DNA of 64,000 nucleotides from Microthyrium microscopicum (Eukaryota): NCBI GenBank assembly GCA_010405405.1, contig MU004238.1, positions 135,530 to 199,529 of the forward strand, read 5' to 3'. Shown piece by piece: positions 60,141 to 64,000 of this stretch (position 1 is its first letter; each line of letters starts with the position of its first letter). The notes under the pieces were generated by a model. It saw only the letters and a program-made list of their open reading frames with translations, ran no database searches and was not told where the DNA came from. The position numbers and the translations under genes were made by a program.

Positions 60141-62567
60141 ATTGCCGGTTGGAATATGATGTCGTAGATATGGTTATTTTTTTGGTGGACGTGTAGGTGG
60201 TATCCTAATAGTTGTTGAAGGGTGGTCGTGCTCAACAATGGATAAGTATGTTTGATAGCTGAGAGGACTATTGCCAAAAGGTGGTATAGGAAAAGGAGAC
60301 AGACACGAGATGGGTATGCTCTAGGCTCATTGAGGTGTTTCACAGACGGAAGCTCCTGGAGGACGGGAAAAGTAGCATGGACGGCAAGGGCAGGTACACG
60401 GCTACTTGGGGCGATAGTAGTGGTGGAATAAGGCTCGATTCAGAAAGGACAGCGGGTTATAGGCAACCTAATAGGAAGGAATGACGGGAAAGTAGGTTAA
60501 TAGAGGAAACAACATAAGGATAGAAGTGTAATAAGAGGAGGAAGGAGCGAACAGAAGGGCAAGAAATGAAGCTGGGGAAGGTTGTTAGAAACAGAATCCA
60601 ACAGGAGCCGTCTCGGAGTTTTGACGTGGAGAGAGGTATTGGACTACAGCCAACGACAGCCCAGGTGGCGTTTCAGACGATTGACACTGAACGAGTGGTG
60701 GACAGGCAGAAGAAGGGAAGAAGAAGAGAGCTTGGAGAAGTGATGACAATATTCACAGAAATTGAAATGCGCCCCTTACGCCGCACATGGGCTCGCTCCA
60801 GGAAAAAACACCAGCAAAGACAGCAATTAGCCAGTAGAACAGCCGGTCTGAGCTTCACTAGAACGCGGGCCTGGTAGTGGAGCCAGCAAAGTGCCGGGGG
60901 AGGGGGTTAAGAAGTCAAAAACACGACAGGATGAATGATCAATATCCCGTTGGAATTTGGAAATGTAGGTTGGTCCTTGGTCCTTGAACAGGTTGCAATC
61001 AACATTTTGCTTTTCTGCTACAGGACTACTACAGCGCGGTCATCAAACAAGAACCAGGGCATGCCCCGGCGGATAGAGGGCGGCAAAGCACATTGAAGCA
61101 GTACGACTGGATCTACAGGGCCGAGATGATGGTGGGTACAAGTGATTATGATTCCGATGCGTGAGATAGAGAGGAGGGGTGCCTTGGTTGTAAATTAACT
61201 CCTGGTGGTGCATTATTGGTGGTTGATTTGATATTGAGTTTTGGAACGCGTCGAATTATACACAACACCAGAAAATAATGCTGCAATGATTTAGCGACTC
61301 TTCCAGCCTAATTTCGGCATACATTCGTAAAGAGACTAGACATGAAATACCATGCAATTCCATTGGTAGAATGCATAAGCTTTCAGTCGTTCTTTCCCTT
61401 AATTCGCTGATGATGCCTGCCTACCACCGAAAAACGCAGGTACGCTTCATCCTCGCCTACCGTGCTTGCCAAATGGGGAATTGGACAACGGCTGCATCCG
61501 TCAGGGGCGCCTTCCAAACCCGTTAGATCCCAATCCATCCATGTCAATAATCATCAAAAACCTCACCAACACTCTCCACAGCTCTGCATATAAATTCTTC
61601 ATCCACCTGCACCCGTTCGTAGCTGCAGCTGCAGAGAGATAATATATATAACCTATCCCGTCTGGCCCAGACTTTGCCCTCCTGCATCATCTGCACACTC
61701 TTTCCCTTGCTGAGCGCAGTGAGCTGGCAGAGATCTGCGCTGTTTAAAAGGGGGCTCTCGTCACATGGAACTATTTGGTGATTGAGAACGGTCCGATTCC
61801 ACGATATTGAACGTCCTAACCCGCGCAGTACGCCACACAGGTCTTCTTCAGGACAGGGCCGTGGAACTGTTCTGTTCTGTCTTGCAGCCCGTCAAGTGTT
61901 GAACGCATGCAGATAGCCGAGACTGCAGCTGGTACAGCAGCCGGAGATTCGCGATTTGTCCGTTCTTGTGGGACCTGTGGTGATAAGAATGTTCTATCGA
62001 ACGATCCATGTTGGAACTTGAAAACCAGAGATAAGTTTTCGGAAATGTTCTATGGTCATCAGTATTTCAATGATTTGTCCAGTTGGTAAGCTCAAAGAAA
62101 TCTCTACTCAACCAGCAGGCCATTCAATATCAGCTTCTTAAATCCCATCATTCAACCGGAGTATGATATATAAAAAGGCCCCTGCTCCAGAATTCGAAGC
62201 ATTTCCGTCGCTCTATTTGCTCTGCCGCTGATCAACACGGGCTGACGGGTAACTCAATCTCATGCCCTGCAGCACCGTGTCCAACCACAATATATCCAAA
62301 AAAGACCACATTTACAAAAGTTTGCTTAATATTTCTATCACAGCTTAAAGGGCTGCGAAGTATCCACATTCCCAGACTGGAATCTATATCAACTGCGTAT
62401 TATGATAACCACCAAACGCCACCTTCTGATACGTATCACGGCTATGAATCCCATGCAGTTTTCCCAGAATGGATACAGATATATGTACAATTAACACCTC
62501 AGCATGCCCATGAACGAAGCATCGCCATGAACAAATTCTCCCTCACATTCGCTAGTCCATAGTAGCT

Positions 62568-63368
62568 CTACTCCTTTGCGCGCTGTTTACCACGCATAAC
62601 CCGACGTCGTTGAGCCATCATATGTGTATATAGAACATAAGAACCTATCTGTCATTAGCCAGTTTCCCTGAGATCGTGCTCCTTCGTCGAAGTGAACATA
62701 CCAGGAACATAAATCCCCATAATCGCCATAAGCGCATATCCCAACAACGGATTCTGCTTCGATGCCGCCGGAATACTTTTGAACACAAGCCAGACTTCAC
62801 TACCAATGCCCAATGGATACAGCACAAAGAAGAGATTATACCTGTAAACACCATATCATCAGCCTAAATCCCTTACATCCTCCATCAGTAGTATGGATAT
62901 CACTTACCGCAACCAAACCAACCCATCCGGCACACTCCCCGTCAAACTCAACACAAAATAACTATACCTCACCACCTCCGTAACACTCCACGCAAACAAC
63001 ATCGTACTATACGCAACCTCCCTCTCCACCGGAAAATTCTCCACAATGCCCCATATCAACACTACCCGACTCAACACCTGAAGACCCGTCGTGAACAGTG
63101 GCGCCCTCACGATCCCGAATAGAGAATGTCCGACTTCTAGTAAAGCAACTGTTTGGACCCAGCGCGCATATGTGCCTGTGATGTCGTATAATTGGTGCGG
63201 ATGGCCTTTGAGGAGGGATTCAGAGATCACGCGGTGTAGGAGGGCGATCCAGAGACCGGCGGAGATGAGGTTGTAGCTGATGAGATATTTGGTTTTGGGG
63301 GTGAGGGGGGCTGGTTCGCGGGTTGCGGTTGCGGCGAGTTTTTCGGAGGTTGTTTGGTGGGCTGACAT
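62568..63368 (-). CDS. PHS1: Very-long-chain 3-hydroxyacyl-CoA dehydratase
   Basis: YLISYN, QTVALLEVGH, QVLSR, AWSVTEVVRYSYF, WLR|YNLFFVLYPLGIGSE, YVPG|SYVLYTHMMAQRR; introns 62907-62842 and 62702-62645. Confidence 0.95.
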
Positions 63369-64000
63369 ATTGAGGGGATGAGAGGTTATGAGGAAATGGG
63401 AGAATGGGAGAGAAAGGAAGGTGGTGATGTCAAGACAAGGAAGCTCGGCAAAGTCAATGGGATGATGGGGCTTTCTTTTTGGTGGAGAGCTTTGGAGCTC
63501 GACTAGCGCGCGCTTGATGGCGGATGTGCATTTTTATATGAAGAGAGTCGAGATTTTTCCTGGGACCTGAGAATGGTATCATTGCCTATATTGTTGAGGG
63601 TACTAGCAGATACAATGAAAATAGTTGATCAAGTATCTCAAAAACATATATCAATTTCTGACAGTTGGTGAGCCGAGCTATTTTGCAAAGCACATGCGAG
63701 TTGAAATCACAGCAATCAGTATAAATAGCAGTATTCACATTTGACGACTCCAATTAGATATATCTACGTCTAATAATGGAAGCTTTTCCATTTACCTTTA
63801 CATGATTACACATGTAGTGTACAAGTAAAAAGAGCAATCAATGCTCAACAGAATATGAGCCAGGACTCAGTCTTAATGCAAATGGGTATCAAGTAATGCA
63901 ATATGGGCTGAAAACAGAGGGAGGGATTGGAGTCCAGAATTTTGGTTCGGGTTGTGTTTATCGAGTTGTGAATGGCATCGAGTGTTTCGGGGATTTGGAG

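Noticed and set aside
61815..62089. Branch/acceptor-like CTAAC..CAG followed by a short Cys-containing ORF
   Set aside because: No matching donor, start or signal peptide found and no family motif

Overview
Gene-dense DNA from a filamentous ascomycete (Pezizomycotina; short GT-AG introns with CTRAY branch sites; finer taxonomy not determinable here). Conserved genes: VPS16 (runs off the window start), a cytochrome P450, an ARO80-like Zn2Cys6 factor, nitrate transporter NrtA/CrnA with NirA- and GATA-type sites, GPI1, nucleoporin AMO1/Nup42, mitochondrial citrate carrier CTP1, MAM33, SMC6, TUM1, succinate-semialdehyde dehydrogenase and PHS1. Two genes absent from the ORF track were rebuilt by hand-splicing: a secreted alpha-sarcin-like ribotoxin/ribonuclease (42670-42051, minus) with an extra Cys pair beside the catalytic residues, and a small DUF1748 gene (52672-52265). 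The ribotoxin lies in a ~5 kb accessory block with a secreted-protein pseudogene, a divergent DUF3632-like gene and an AA9 LPMO with non-canonical second-sphere residues. Other points of interest: a spliced 92-aa membrane-protein ORF ending 12 nt before the GPI1 ATG (possible bicistron/uORF), an intronless PolX-like nucleotidyltransferase, in-frame alternative donors that could toggle the SSADH mitochondrial presequence, and a ~7 kb decayed block (28-34.9 kb). All family assignments are from motif recognition, not database searches.
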